This document shows positions 26,195 through 36,700 of a DNA stretch of 64,000 nucleotides, in pieces. The notes under the pieces are model-generated. The model saw only the letters and a program-made list of their open reading frames with translations. It did not search any database and was not told where the DNA came from. The first letter of the stretch is position 1. Each line of letters starts with the position of its first letter. Source of the DNA: Nitrospirota bacterium. Lineage in GTDB: Bacteria; Nitrospirota; Thermodesulfovibrionia; Thermodesulfovibrionales; UBA6898. Made by a program: the position numbers and the translations under genes. The DNA is taken from positions 909-64,908 of the forward strand of contig JAKAIZ010000002.1 of assembly GCA_021814065.1 (NCBI GenBank), given 5' to 3'.

Positions 26195-27294
26195 TCGCCG
26201 TCCTGCAGGGCCTTCTCACAGGAATGAAGAATTCCCTGTGCAGTTTTTTCCCACGAAAATAGTTCAGCCCTCTTGAGCCCATTGGCCGAGAGCGTTTCCC
26301 TCAGACCTTCATTCCCGAGGGTCGTCAGGATCAGCTCTCCAAGGACGGCACTGTCAGCCGGATCAAAAAGCAGCCCCGCGTCTCCAATCACCTCAGGTAA
26401 TGAAGCACGGCTTGAGCATATGACAGGCGTGCCGCAGGCCATGGCCTCCAGGGGCGTCAGGCCGAACCCCTCGCTCAGGGATGGATGGACAAGTATGTCG
26501 GCATAAGAGTAGAGCCCTGGAAGATCTCCCTGTGGGACATAGTCGAGGTAACGCACTCTTTCATCCCGGGCGAGAGCCCCGTTGAAGAACTCCCTCCTGC
26601 CGGCGATGACGAGATCATGGGGAATCTCCTCCTTTATGCGCAAAAATGCATCAATGAGCAAGGTTACATTTTTGTACGGGAAAAGATTTCCGACAAAGAG
26701 GATATATCGGTCTCCTAAAGAATATCTCTGCAGAAACTCCTTTCTCTCCTGAAGCGGTTGCGGGTAATACCTTTTTTTGTTGTATCCGTTCAGCACCACA
26801 TCAATCCTGTTTTCGGGAATATCTGTTTCACGAAGCAGTTCTTTCTTTATATATTCGGAAACAACGGTTATGCGACGGGCCGTCTTGCCAAGTCGGTCAA
26901 GCGAGAGTCTGAAATAGAGGCCGGCCCTGCCGAATTGAGGAAGGAACCTGATAGGGTGCAGGTCATGGACCTGGACCACAAGCGGGACCATGGGGAGAAA
27001 GGGATATTCCATCATTGGACAATAAAGGAGATCACGCTTTCCGGCCCTGCACCTAAGCGGCAGAACTGCGTTTTGGTAAGACACTCTCAAAAGGTTGTTC
27101 CAAAAGCGCGTCGATCCCCTGATTGAGGAAGGGACTAAGGAAATTGCCGACTCGGGAACTCCTTCAAACCGGAAAGGAGAGTAGATAAGTGTGTCTCTGT
27201 TGCGCTCCACAAGACAACGCGAAACCTCCTGCGTGAAGACCCCGAGTCCCGTCGGTGTATCGTGAAGGAATGTGGCGTTGATGCCGATCTTCAA
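26191..27294 (-). CDS. GT4-family (GT-B) glycosyltransferase
   Basis: 367 aa. HPSLSEGFGLTPLEAMACGTPVICS motif. 4-nt overlaps with both neighbours. Confidence 0.85.
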   Translation of the reverse strand: MKIGINATFLHDTPTGLGVFTQEVSRCLVERNRDTLIYSPFRFEGVPESAISLVPSSIRGSTRFWNNLLRVSYQNAVLPLRCRAGKRDLLYCPMMEYPFLPMVPLVVQVHDLHPIRFLPQFGRAGLYFRLSLDRLGKTARRITVVSEYIKKELLRETDIPENRIDVVLNGYNKKRYYPQPLQERKEFLQRYSLGDRYILFVGNLFPYKNVTLLIDAFLRIKEEIPHDLVIAGRREFFNGALARDERVRYLDYVPQGDLPGLYSYADILVHPSLSEGFGLTPLEAMACGTPVICSSRASLPEVIGDAGLLFDPADSAVLGELILTTLGNEGLRETLSANGLKRAELFSWEKTAQGILHSCEKALQDGE

Positions 27295-28421
27295 TTGCGA
27301 AGGGCCTTTTCGTAAGTCCTGATTGTTTCCGCCGCGACCTTTTGCCAGGAGTACTCTCCAGCCTTTCTCAGGCCCTTTTGCTTCATCTCGGCTCTCAGCG
27401 AGGCAGAAGACAAGACTCGTGCTATTGCATCGGCGAGTGCTTCGTGGTTAGCAGGGTCAAAAAAGATTGCCGCATCGCCGGACACCTCCCTGTGGGGGGG
27501 GATGTCGGATACAATGACGGGAGCGCCGCAGGCCATCGCTTCGAGTGGAGGTATCCCGAATCCCTCGTAGAGAGAAGGGTACACGAAGACCGACGCGAAC
27601 TGATAGAGAGCGCACAGGGTCCCTCCGTCGACATAGTTCGTGAAAATGACGTCTTTCCCGAGGCCGAGTTTCTCCGGATAGGAGACAATGTCGTCATAGA
27701 GCCAGCCGAGTCCCCCGGCAATCACTAGCGCCACATCATATTTGGCCCTCACGTCTTTGTAAGCCCGAATCAGGGTCTTAAGGTTCTTTCTCGGCTCAAC
27801 GGTACCCGCATACAACAGGTAATCTCTTGTTGTAATCTTTCTGACCTCTCCGGGGATTTTCGAAACGTCTTTTGCCTCCCTGTAGCACTCCGCCGCGGCA
27901 AGGGGAATGACGTCGATTTTTGCGGGAGGAATATTCAGGATTTCGGTTACCTCGTCCCTGATAAAACTCGTATTGACGATGACCCGTTCGGAGGCCGAGA
28001 TATTTCCCAGTATGTTGGGTGTTACTTCCTTTGCAAATCCGTCTACGAAAAGTTCGGGAAAACGCATCACCGCAAGGTCGTAGACATTGCAGACACTCCT
28101 CGCGCCGATGGAGGGAATCGGGTCAAGGCTTGTCTCGTGGTACAGCTCATACGAAGTGACCGCGGCATCCCTTCTGTGGAAGCTCCGATAGACTGCATCA
28201 CCCATTTTTTTCACAAAGGGAGGATAATACTTCCCGAAGGTCGTCCTCATGCGCGCTGATAAGTCCCCGATCGACTTCACCAGTGCGATAGATGAATCGT
28301 CCAGAGTGGGAACGACATCAATTCCCGCCTTCAGCAGTTCGTTATAGAGGTTGAAGACGTAGAAGCCGACCCCAGCCCGGTGGGAGCATATGAGCAATCT
28401 TGTATTCAGAAGGACCCGCAC
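27291..28421 (-). CDS. GT4-family (GT-B) glycosyltransferase
   Basis: 376 aa. YPSLYEGFGIPPLEAMACGAPVIVSDI motif. First gene of the three-gene minus-strand operon. Confidence 0.85.
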   Translation of the reverse strand: MRVLLNTRLLICSHRAGVGFYVFNLYNELLKAGIDVVPTLDDSSIALVKSIGDLSARMRTTFGKYYPPFVKKMGDAVYRSFHRRDAAVTSYELYHETSLDPIPSIGARSVCNVYDLAVMRFPELFVDGFAKEVTPNILGNISASERVIVNTSFIRDEVTEILNIPPAKIDVIPLAAAECYREAKDVSKIPGEVRKITTRDYLLYAGTVEPRKNLKTLIRAYKDVRAKYDVALVIAGGLGWLYDDIVSYPEKLGLGKDVIFTNYVDGGTLCALYQFASVFVYPSLYEGFGIPPLEAMACGAPVIVSDIPPHREVSGDAAIFFDPANHEALADAIARVLSSASLRAEMKQKGLRKAGEYSWQKVAAETIRTYEKALRN

Positions 28422-28562
28422 TGCCCGGTTTACCAGCCGTCTCCTTTATGCATTCGGCGCGCCATGTAAAATTTTATCATAGCGGCGCGTCTTTATAACA
28501 GGCCAGCGTCAGACAATGCGTACAATGAGAGAGATCGGGTATAATATCAGGCGGCATCGTCC

Positions 28563-29348
28563 ATGAGTGCAAGTACGAGCGAAATATTCGAGATACTGAG
28601 ATACAAGGAACTTCTGCGGAACCTTGTGACGCGGGACATTAAGGTCCGCTACAAGCGGTCGGTCCTCGGCTTCTTCTGGGTCATGCTGAACCCTCTCCTC
28701 ATGATGTTAGTGATGAGCATGGTTTTTTCAAGCCTGTTCAAGGTAACGACGCCAAACTATACTTCCTATCTGCTTTCGGGCATCATCTTCTGGAACTTTT
28801 TTTCCCAGAGCACGTCCACTTCGGTAGTGAGTCTGATTTCCAACAGTGGTCTTATTAAGAAAATATATATTCCGAAGGCGATCTTCCCCCTTTCGGTTGT
28901 TCTTTCCGCAGTGGTCAATTTTTTCTTTTCCCTGGTGCCGCTTTTTTTCATTATTTATATGACCGGCACACCTCTCGGAAGCCATGTCTATCTCCTGCCC
29001 GTTATTCTCGTACTCGTGGCAGTGTTTTCGTTCGGTATCGCCCTAATACTGTCGACGCTTACGGTTTTTTTCCACGACACCATCTATATATATGATGTGC
29101 TGCTCATGATATGGATGTACATGACCCCGATATTCTATCCGGAATCGATTATCCCCCAGAAATTCAGTTTTATTATCCATCTCAACCCCTTCTATTATTA
29201 CCTGTCTATCTTCCGGGGAGCGCTGTACCTTGACGTTTCTTCAGTTTTCGAAAAATTGCTCTACGGGTTTCTTTTTTCCCTTGCATCCCTGACGGTAGGC
29301 TGGTTCTGTTACAGTGCGAACAAGGACAAGATCGTATACCATCTCTAA
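28563..29348 (+). CDS. wzm: ABC-2 type polysaccharide export permease
   Basis: 261 aa. N-terminal RDIKVRYKRSVLGFFW signature followed by six hydrophobic helices. Confidence 0.85.
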   Translation: MSASTSEIFEILRYKELLRNLVTRDIKVRYKRSVLGFFWVMLNPLLMMLVMSMVFSSLFKVTTPNYTSYLLSGIIFWNFFSQSTSTSVVSLISNSGLIKKIYIPKAIFPLSVVLSAVVNFFFSLVPLFFIIYMTGTPLGSHVYLLPVILVLVAVFSFGIALILSTLTVFFHDTIYIYDVLLMIWMYMTPIFYPESIIPQKFSFIIHLNPFYYYLSIFRGALYLDVSSVFEKLLYGFLFSLASLTVGWFCYSANKDKIVYHL

Positions 29349-29396
29349 TGCGAACATATATGAATAACACGACGAGGGTTGCCTTTGGATAGTGCC

Positions 29397-30125
29397 ATGA
29401 TAGAGATAAACGACGTTTGCGTACGTTACCGTCTTGCAAAGGAGAAGCCGAAGACCCTCCAGGAATATCTCATCGATAGACTGAAGGGGAAAAGACACGA
29501 CTATGAGGATTTCTGGGCTCTGCGGGATCTCAATATTGGGGTCAGAAAGGATGAAACCTTCGGCATCGTAGGCCGGAATGGTGCGGGGAAGAGCACGTTG
29601 CTGAAGGTCATCGCCGGGGTTTTGCGGCCGACCAGTGGACGAGTGTCTGTCCATGGGAAGATTGCTCCGCTCATTGAACTCGGCGCAGGGTTTGATCCTG
29701 AACTCACGGGCGCTGAAAATATCTATCTCAACGCATCTATCCTCGGGCTTTCACGGAGTGAAATAAAAGAAAGGTTCCCGAGCATTGTTGATTTTTCCGA
29801 GCTGAATGAATTTATATACAGTCCATTAAAAAGCTATTCTTCGGGAATGGTCGCAAGGCTGGGGTTCTCTATCGCTACGGAGGTCGATCCGGATATCCTT
29901 ATTATCGATGAGATTCTTTCGGTCGGAGACAAACAATTTGTGACGAAATGTAACGAGAGGATGCGTCTTTTCAGGGAAAAAGGGACGACGATGCTGCTTG
30001 TGTCGCATAACCTGGTCGAAATTGCCGAAATCTGCAGTACCGTCCTCTGGATGGACCACGGAGGGGCTAAGATGTGCGGAGAGCCGAAGACAGTTATTGA
30101 CGAATACGTGAAGTCGCTCACATAA
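29397..30125 (+). CDS. wzt: Polysaccharide ABC exporter ATP-binding protein (short form, no C-terminal carbohydrate-binding domain)
   Basis: Walker A GRNGAGKST, signature YSSGMVARLGFS, Walker B ILIIDE. Track start is TTG 29379; ATG 29397 (MIEINDVCVRY) is preferred. Confidence 0.85.
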   Translation: MIEINDVCVRYRLAKEKPKTLQEYLIDRLKGKRHDYEDFWALRDLNIGVRKDETFGIVGRNGAGKSTLLKVIAGVLRPTSGRVSVHGKIAPLIELGAGFDPELTGAENIYLNASILGLSRSEIKERFPSIVDFSELNEFIYSPLKSYSSGMVARLGFSIATEVDPDILIIDEILSVGDKQFVTKCNERMRLFREKGTTMLLVSHNLVEIAEICSTVLWMDHGGAKMCGEPKTVIDEYVKSLT

Positions 30126-30257
30126 GCGGCTTGAGATAATAGTGAACAGTCCGGCGGATGCCGCCACCCTTTAACTATTATTAACCCGCAAAGTCGTATC
30201 TTTTCGCAGGCCGTTTTAACCGGACAATCCGATTATTTTCATAAATGCGCATTTTAT

Positions 30258-30286
30258 TTGACGGCAGAAGTGATGCATCATAATAT
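30258..30286 (+). promoter_or_regulatory. Candidate sigma70-type promoter upstream of the S8 protease gene
   Basis: TTGACG (30258-30263), a 17-nt spacer, then TAATAT (30281-30286), in an AT-rich intergenic region. Confidence 0.35.
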
Positions 30287-30343
30287 ATAGGAGAGGATTT
30301 CCTGAGGCGTAAAATATTATTATTGCACGGAGGATGTTCGTTA

Positions 30344-32446
30344 GTGTCGAAGAGGTCTTGTGCCGCGGTATTATTCGGTATCCTCATCATATGTGCGGCA
30401 AGCGGTTTGTCCTATGCCGTAGTCATCACTCCTGATCTCCGCCAGGCATTGCAGTCCGCAGGTCCTGCCGGAGACGTTTCCGTGATCATAAATCTGGCCT
30501 ACAGGGTCGACCTCAAAAAAATTGCCGCAATTGCGCCTGACCGGATTGCCGGGAGTGACAAGGTGCGAAAAAGGGATGCGATAATCAAGGCTCTTCGGGA
30601 GAAGGCCAGTCTCACCCAGAAGTCCATAAGGGCACTGCTCCAAAACAGGGGCGCAAAGAAAATAAAACCCCTCTGGATCACAAATTCAGTTGCGGCAACG
30701 GTCCCTGCTTCGGTAATCAGCGAGTTGATGAGCCTGCCTGAGATAGAGAGCATCGAACTGGACGCGGTTGTACAGGCCTCTCCTGTTATTCCTGCGGCAG
30801 CGGTGACTCCGTCTGCCGGATATGAGTGGAATATTTCAACGATCAACGCGCCGGTCCTCTGGGGCGTCGGTATTAACGGTCCGGGCGCAGTAGTGGCGAA
30901 TCTGGATACGGGGGTCGATGTAAGTCACCCTGACCTGCAGAACAAGTGGAGGGGAGGCTCAGACAGTTGGTACAATCCTTATGCCGATCCTGCCAACTGT
31001 TGTTACTGTTCTAATGCGCCATTGCCTCTCACGACCTGCCTCACCAACTGTGTGGCTGCTACGGCATGTACTTCCTGTGAGCTTTCTGCGACAACCCCGT
31101 GCGACAACAACGGCCATGGCACCGGAACGATGGGAGTTATGGTCGGAGGCTCGGCGACGGATGCCTATGGTGTGGCGCCGGGTGCTCAATGGATAGCGGC
31201 AAAGATATTTAATGACGCCGGGACCACCGATGAGAGCAAGATTATCCTCGCGATGCAGTGGCTCCTCGCACCCGGAGGAAATGCCGCAAACGCCCCCGAC
31301 ATCGTCAATAACTCGTGGGGGTTTAATGCGCCGGGCCAGTGCTTCCCTGCGCTACCCAATGCGTTGGAGGTTGCGATTCAAAACGTTCAGGCCTCCGGCA
31401 TCGCCATGGTCTTTTCCGCCGGCAATAAGGGCCCGAATCCTTCAACCAGCGTGAGCCCTGCCAACTATCCGGGAAGTTTTGCGGTCGGCGCGACCGACGG
31501 TTCTAATCTTATCGCCTGGTTTAGCAGCAGGGGACCTTCCGCCTGTCTTGACAGAACCGCCAGCTTCCCTAATGTAGTAGCTCCCGGCCTAGGCATCTAT
31601 ACTTCAGCCCCTGTCTCCCCCGGACCTTCTTATGTAACGGTTCAGGGCACATCCTTTTCCGCTCCTCACGTTGCCGGTGCAGAGGCCTTGCTGATAAGCG
31701 CATTTCCTACTCTGACCCCGGACCTGGTGGAAACAGCCCTTGAACAGACCGCAGTGAACATCGGGGCACCTGCTTCTGTTCCCAATATTACTTATGGATA
31801 CGGCCTGATTGATGTCAACGGAGCACTCTCATACCTTACTTCGCATGGAGAAATCTCCATTCCCGAAATCGTAGGCTATCCTGCCTCTTTTGATTACGGG
31901 ACGGTGGATACATCCAGTCCGCTGATTTCTCAGACATTTACAATTACAAACAGAAGCGCAGCGAGCATAACGGTAAATTCGATAACGGTCACAGGTCTCA
32001 ATGGTAGGGATTTCTTGATATCAAGTAACACTTGCAGCGGATATTCCCTGGCTCCTTTGGCAAGCTGCACGTTTATCGTGACGCCTACTTCTACCGGTCC
32101 TAAGATTGCGGATATAAGCATCAATTATGGCAGCAGTCCTGCTTATAATGTCCCGCTCAGCGGTAATATTACAACGCCTGTTGCACGTGTTCAGAGCAGT
32201 ACAGTGATTGCGACTTACTCCCTTATCCAGACGGCCTATAATAAGTGTGCCGGCGGGGAAATCGTCGGGATGCAGGCGACAACGTATTACGAAAGTCCGA
32301 ACTTTAATTCCCCTTTAAACATAAGCGTCAGCTTGCAGGGCGGTTATGATGCATCGTTTGGATATCAGTACGGCTTTACTACTCTCCAGGGTTCGCTCAC
32401 AATCAGTAGCGGGACAGTGACCGTTGGGAATTTAATATTGCAGTAA
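30344..32446 (+). CDS. Secreted S8 (subtilisin-like) serine protease with an I9-like propeptide and C-terminal beta-rich domains
   Basis: Catalytic triad blocks VANLDTGVD, GHGTGTMGV, GTSFSAPHVAG. GTG 30344 lies 9 nt after GGAGGA and gives the signal peptide VSKRSCAAVLFGILIICAASGLSYA. Track start is TTG 30323. Confidence 0.9.
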   Translation: MSKRSCAAVLFGILIICAASGLSYAVVITPDLRQALQSAGPAGDVSVIINLAYRVDLKKIAAIAPDRIAGSDKVRKRDAIIKALREKASLTQKSIRALLQNRGAKKIKPLWITNSVAATVPASVISELMSLPEIESIELDAVVQASPVIPAAAVTPSAGYEWNISTINAPVLWGVGINGPGAVVANLDTGVDVSHPDLQNKWRGGSDSWYNPYADPANCCYCSNAPLPLTTCLTNCVAATACTSCELSATTPCDNNGHGTGTMGVMVGGSATDAYGVAPGAQWIAAKIFNDAGTTDESKIILAMQWLLAPGGNAANAPDIVNNSWGFNAPGQCFPALPNALEVAIQNVQASGIAMVFSAGNKGPNPSTSVSPANYPGSFAVGATDGSNLIAWFSSRGPSACLDRTASFPNVVAPGLGIYTSAPVSPGPSYVTVQGTSFSAPHVAGAEALLISAFPTLTPDLVETALEQTAVNIGAPASVPNITYGYGLIDVNGALSYLTSHGEISIPEIVGYPASFDYGTVDTSSPLISQTFTITNRSAASITVNSITVTGLNGRDFLISSNTCSGYSLAPLASCTFIVTPTSTGPKIADISINYGSSPAYNVPLSGNITTPVARVQSSTVIATYSLIQTAYNKCAGGEIVGMQATTYYESPNFNSPLNISVSLQGGYDASFGYQYGFTTLQGSLTISSGTVTVGNLILQ

Positions 32447-32584
32447 GAATCCTTTTTCGTTCGAGCATTCTTCAATAATCCCCGGGTTTGACCATGATTA
32501 CTACGGAGACGTGATATAATTGTGGGTAATCCGCTCTTTGTGGACATCAGTGAACATACTTTTTGATGATTTAAGGAGGAGCAG

Positions 32585-33019
32585 ATGAAACGGATTGGCA
32601 GATTTTATTCCCAGGTCGCAGTGGCCGGCATTTATTGCATGTTTCTGATCTGGGGCGGTCAGGCATCTGCTGGAGACGCCAACCTGTGCGCAGGAGATAT
32701 CGCAAAGTTCTGCAAAGATGTGAAACCCGGCGCGGTCATGGATTGCCTTGAAAGACATGAAAACGAACTATCCGACGAGTGCAAGACCTATGAAGCAAAG
32801 ATGGGCGGGAAGAGGGTCGAGATGAGGGAGGAAGTGCGGCAGCTGAAGATCTTTCGGGAGGCCTGTAACGAGGATATGGCCAAATTCTGCAAGGACGTCC
32901 AGCCTGAACAGAGCGTGATCGAAAAATGTCTGAGTTCACATGAAGGTGAATTGTCGGCATCGTGCGGGGAACGCATGAAAGCGACTATGGAAGAGAGGGC
33001 GAAGAAGAAAACACCGTAG
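32585..33019 (+). CDS. Secreted cysteine-rich repeat protein (two 4-Cys repeats)
   Basis: AAGGAGGAG RBS and a signal peptide. Repeats CAGDIAKFCKDVKPGAVMDCLERHENELSDEC and CNEDMAKFCKDVQPEQSVIEKCLSSHEGELSASC resemble the Cys-rich repeat family (PF00839-like) from memory. Confidence 0.75.
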   Translation: MKRIGRFYSQVAVAGIYCMFLIWGGQASAGDANLCAGDIAKFCKDVKPGAVMDCLERHENELSDECKTYEAKMGGKRVEMREEVRQLKIFREACNEDMAKFCKDVQPEQSVIEKCLSSHEGELSASCGERMKATMEERAKKKTP

Positions 33020-33543
33020 GCCGTAGGCCGCTTTCGCAACAGCGGGTCAGTGGATAACCCAGTCGCTTTCTTACACCAACTCCGGCTTGGGGCCTTTGGT
33101 GAGTTGAACGATATAATAGCCCTTTGATCCGTAGCGCTGGCCGGGGCCGAAACTGGACCTCGGGTACAGGGGATAAATTGCGTCCTGTTCCCATAATCCC
33201 ATTCCGCTTGTGCTCATGGTCATACCGAAAAGGTTCAGAAGATAGTCGCGGTAATAATTCCCGTTCATCCCCATCAAAACCTGTGACAGAACCTGGACGG
33301 TGGTATACACCTGTTTCAAAGTGACCAGCGCATCGCCGCGGACATTACTGAGTGACCGGGAACTGCTGACAAGATGAAGACCCTTGGAGGAGAGAGAGGG
33401 AATTCGGCCTGGCTGCTCCTGGGAGTCATTCCAGAGTCGGTGTCTGTCGCGAAATAGAAGTTTATCTCCAGTAGCGTCCGAAGATTATCAGACAGCATTA
33501 TATTTAAATTTTTTAGGATTCCTTTTTTATTAAAATAAATTAA

Positions 33544-33594
33544 TTTTGTAGGATAAATTCCTACAAAAGTTTCAGACAATGACCTATTGTCTGA
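33544..33594. promoter_or_regulatory. Two adjacent perfect palindromes in the AT-rich leader of the multicopper oxidase gene
   Basis: TTTTGTAGGA-taaat-TCCTACAAAA (33544-33568) and TCAGACAAT-gacct-ATTGTCTGA (33572-33594). Both have 5-nt spacers and they lie 3 nt apart. Confidence 0.4.
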
Positions 33595-33791
33595 CTGATT
33601 TTCTTCTGGCATAGTAAATAAAAAAAAATAAAAAAAGGGGGCGCTTATCAACTTCATCCTGCAAGAAGATACGCGATTGATACTCATGAGGCCCGCCGAT
33701 AGGCAACTTCAAAGCAATTGATATGAGGCATGAATAATCAAAGATGCTCAAGATACTGAACGATAAAAAAAATCACAGGAGGAGTGATAGC

Positions 33792-36700
33792 ATGAAGAGG
33801 CGCAATAATTTGGTCCTTGTGAGTGTGCTTTTGCTTGCAACGGCCTTTCCCTGGGGAATCAACACGGCTGATGCCGGCCCCGGGATCACCAATCCATGCC
33901 CGCCGGACCAGATTTGCCCCGAGGGGCCTGGTTTCGGTACCTACTACGCAAATAGCCCCGCGGGTATCCGGACTTATCAGGGTGTGTCATATTTTACCGG
34001 TGGCCCTCTCAGGAAGTTTGTCGACAGTCTGCCGGGCTTGGGATATGCGAACAGAAATAACCTGGGGCAATATATCCCGGTTGCTGTGCCGGATACATCG
34101 ACGTTTCCGGGGTCCGACTATTACGTGATCGGCCTGAAGGACTACAGAATAAAGATGCATTCCGACATGCCAGCTGCGACTGACACACTCGGAACCGGTA
34201 CAAGGATCAGGGGTTATTACCAGATCAACGGCACGGATCACAGTTCACAATATCTGGGGCCTTTGATCATAGCCAGGCGGGACAGGCCGGTGCGCCTCCT
34301 CTTTGAAAACCATCTCGGCGCCGGAACGGCAGGCGACCTCTTCATACCGGTTGACACCACGGTGATGGGTGCAGGGCAGGGTCCGCTTGGGCTTGGCTGC
34401 GGAGGAGTTTACCCCGGCTGCAACTACACCCAGAACCGGGCTGTTATCCATCTCCACGGCGGCAACACACCATGGATCAGCGATGGTATTCCCCGCCAAT
34501 GGATAACCCCGATCGGGGAATACTCGACGCCCTATCTTAAAGGGGAGACCCAGCGAAACGTCCCTGACATGTGGTTTGACTCGGGCCACAACGTTGTCCC
34601 GGCTGGAACCTCCGGTGCGACGAACGACCCTGGTCAGGGAAGGGCCACTTATTATTGGACTAACCAGCAGAGCGGCAGGTTTATGTTTTTTCATGACCAC
34701 TCTTACGGACTCACACGCCTTAACGTATATGCGGGCGAGGCGGCGGGCTATCTGATAACAGACCCCGAGGAAGATAAATTGATCGATGCCGGTACTATCC
34801 CCAATGTATGTCCTTCCGGCAGTCCTGATTGCGTATACCGTTACGGGATACCCCTTGTCATCGAGGACAAGACTTTCGTTCCCTGGGACGTCTCTGTCCA
34901 GGATGCAAAATGGGATGTCAATAAATGGGGTAAGCCGGGAGACCTCTGGTTCCCTCATGTCTACGAGCCGAATCAGAAGCCCAATGACCCGACCGGCGCC
35001 AACCCCTTCGGAAGATGGGACTATGGCCCATGGTTCTGGCCTCCTGTGCTGCTTGACGCCGCACACTCAACGCTTCCCGACCCTTCGATAGTGCCGGAAG
35101 CTTTTATGGACACTCCGATAGTCAACGGCACTGCATATCCTTATCTGAACGTGGAGCCGAAGGCCTACAGGTTCCGTATCCTCAATGCCACAAACGACAG
35201 GATGCTCAACCTGCAATTCTATGTTGCAGAACCTCTCCATATCAGTGTTACAAACGGGGGCTCCAATTATTCCGCAACGCCGATTGTTGAAATAGGCAGC
35301 AGCGGCTGCACCCCCGAGCCACTGGCAACTGCAACGGTGGATGGCGGTGTGATTACGGGAATTACAGTTACCAACTCTGACTCAATTGCATGCACCTCGA
35401 TTCCAAATGTCAGCATAACGGACTCAACCGGGACAGGCGCTGCCGTGGCTGCTTCAATCAATACGGAAGTCAGGATGGTGGCGGCGCTGCCGCCGACTGC
35501 AGGAAATCTTCCGGCCTGTACCACGGCAACAGTGACTAATGACTCGGGGCTTGCGCTCGGGGGCCTCACGCTGGGCCCAACGGGCCTTCCGGCAAATTGC
35601 TGGCCGACGACATGGCCGGTAGACGGAAGGGACGGGGGCGTGCCTGATCCGACCACAGCCGGGCCTGCGATGGTCCAGATCGGCACTGAAGGAGGTTTTC
35701 TGCCGAAGCCGGTTGTGATACCCTCGACTCCGGTCGGCTATGAATACAACCGCAGAAATATAGTGGTCCTGAATGTCCTGAACAAGGCGATTTTTCTCGG
35801 CTCGGCCGAAAGGGCCGACATCGTCGTAGACTTCTCTCAGTTTGCAGGGAAAACACTAATAATGTATAACGACGCGCCGGCGCCTGTCCCTGGTTTCGAT
35901 CCTCGCAACGACTACTACACTGACGACCCTGATCAGTCCTCGACAGGGGGCGCACCCACGACCCTGCCCGGTTACGGCCCTAACACTCGTACGATCATGC
36001 AATTCCGGGTGGCGGACTCTGCTACCCCCCCTACCTTTGACCTCGCGGCGCTGCAGAATGAGGCAACCGGTCTCCCTGCAGCGTTTGCAGCGTCTCAACC
36101 GCCTATGCACGTGCCCGAACCGGTTTATCCTGCTCCCAACAATGCCGTCGCCGATACGCTTGCAACTATCCAGGCATACTCTTTAACCTTCAATCCGAAC
36201 ACACTGACCAGCGGCATCGAGGCGATCAGGAATATAACGGTAATAAACGGGGGCGCGGGATATACTGTTGCCACCGTAACTGTGGATCCGCCACCTCCCG
36301 GTGGCACGCAGGCGACGGCTTCTGCGGCCGTATCGGGCGGTGCTGTCACGGCTATAAACATCATAAACCCCGGATCAGGGTATTATTATGCTCCCGGAGT
36401 TACGATTTCAGGCGACGGCACGGGCGCTGCTGCCGTTGCCAATTTTGGGGCGACTCCCCAGGCGATCAGGTCCGTCACGGTTACGAACGGAGGCTCGGGC
36501 TGCGTTGCCTCTCCGACTGTCAATTTCTTGGGTGGCGGCGGCACGGGCGCTACTGCTTCTGCAACGGCACCGGCCGGAGAAATTACCGGGATCACGGTTA
36601 CGAATGGAGGTTCCGGGTATACTTCTTTACCCGCAGTGGCAATCACAGGCTGCACTTTTGCCGCTACTGCCGTTGCGAACTTTGAGCCGGTAACGGTCCC

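Noticed and set aside
33071-33319. 82-aa minus-strand ORF (TTG start) ending ...GSKGYYIVQLTKGPKPELV
   Set aside because: The frame is open for about 60 more codons upstream without any ATG/GTG/TTG, so it may be a 5-prime-truncated gene remnant. There is no family match from memory and no RBS, so I do not call it a CDS.
33316-33687. 123-aa minus-strand ORF in the AT-rich region upstream of the oxidase gene
   Set aside because: It spans the most AT-rich, palindrome-containing non-coding stretch. The translation is Phe/Asn/Ile-biased as AT-rich DNA predicts, and there is no RBS.
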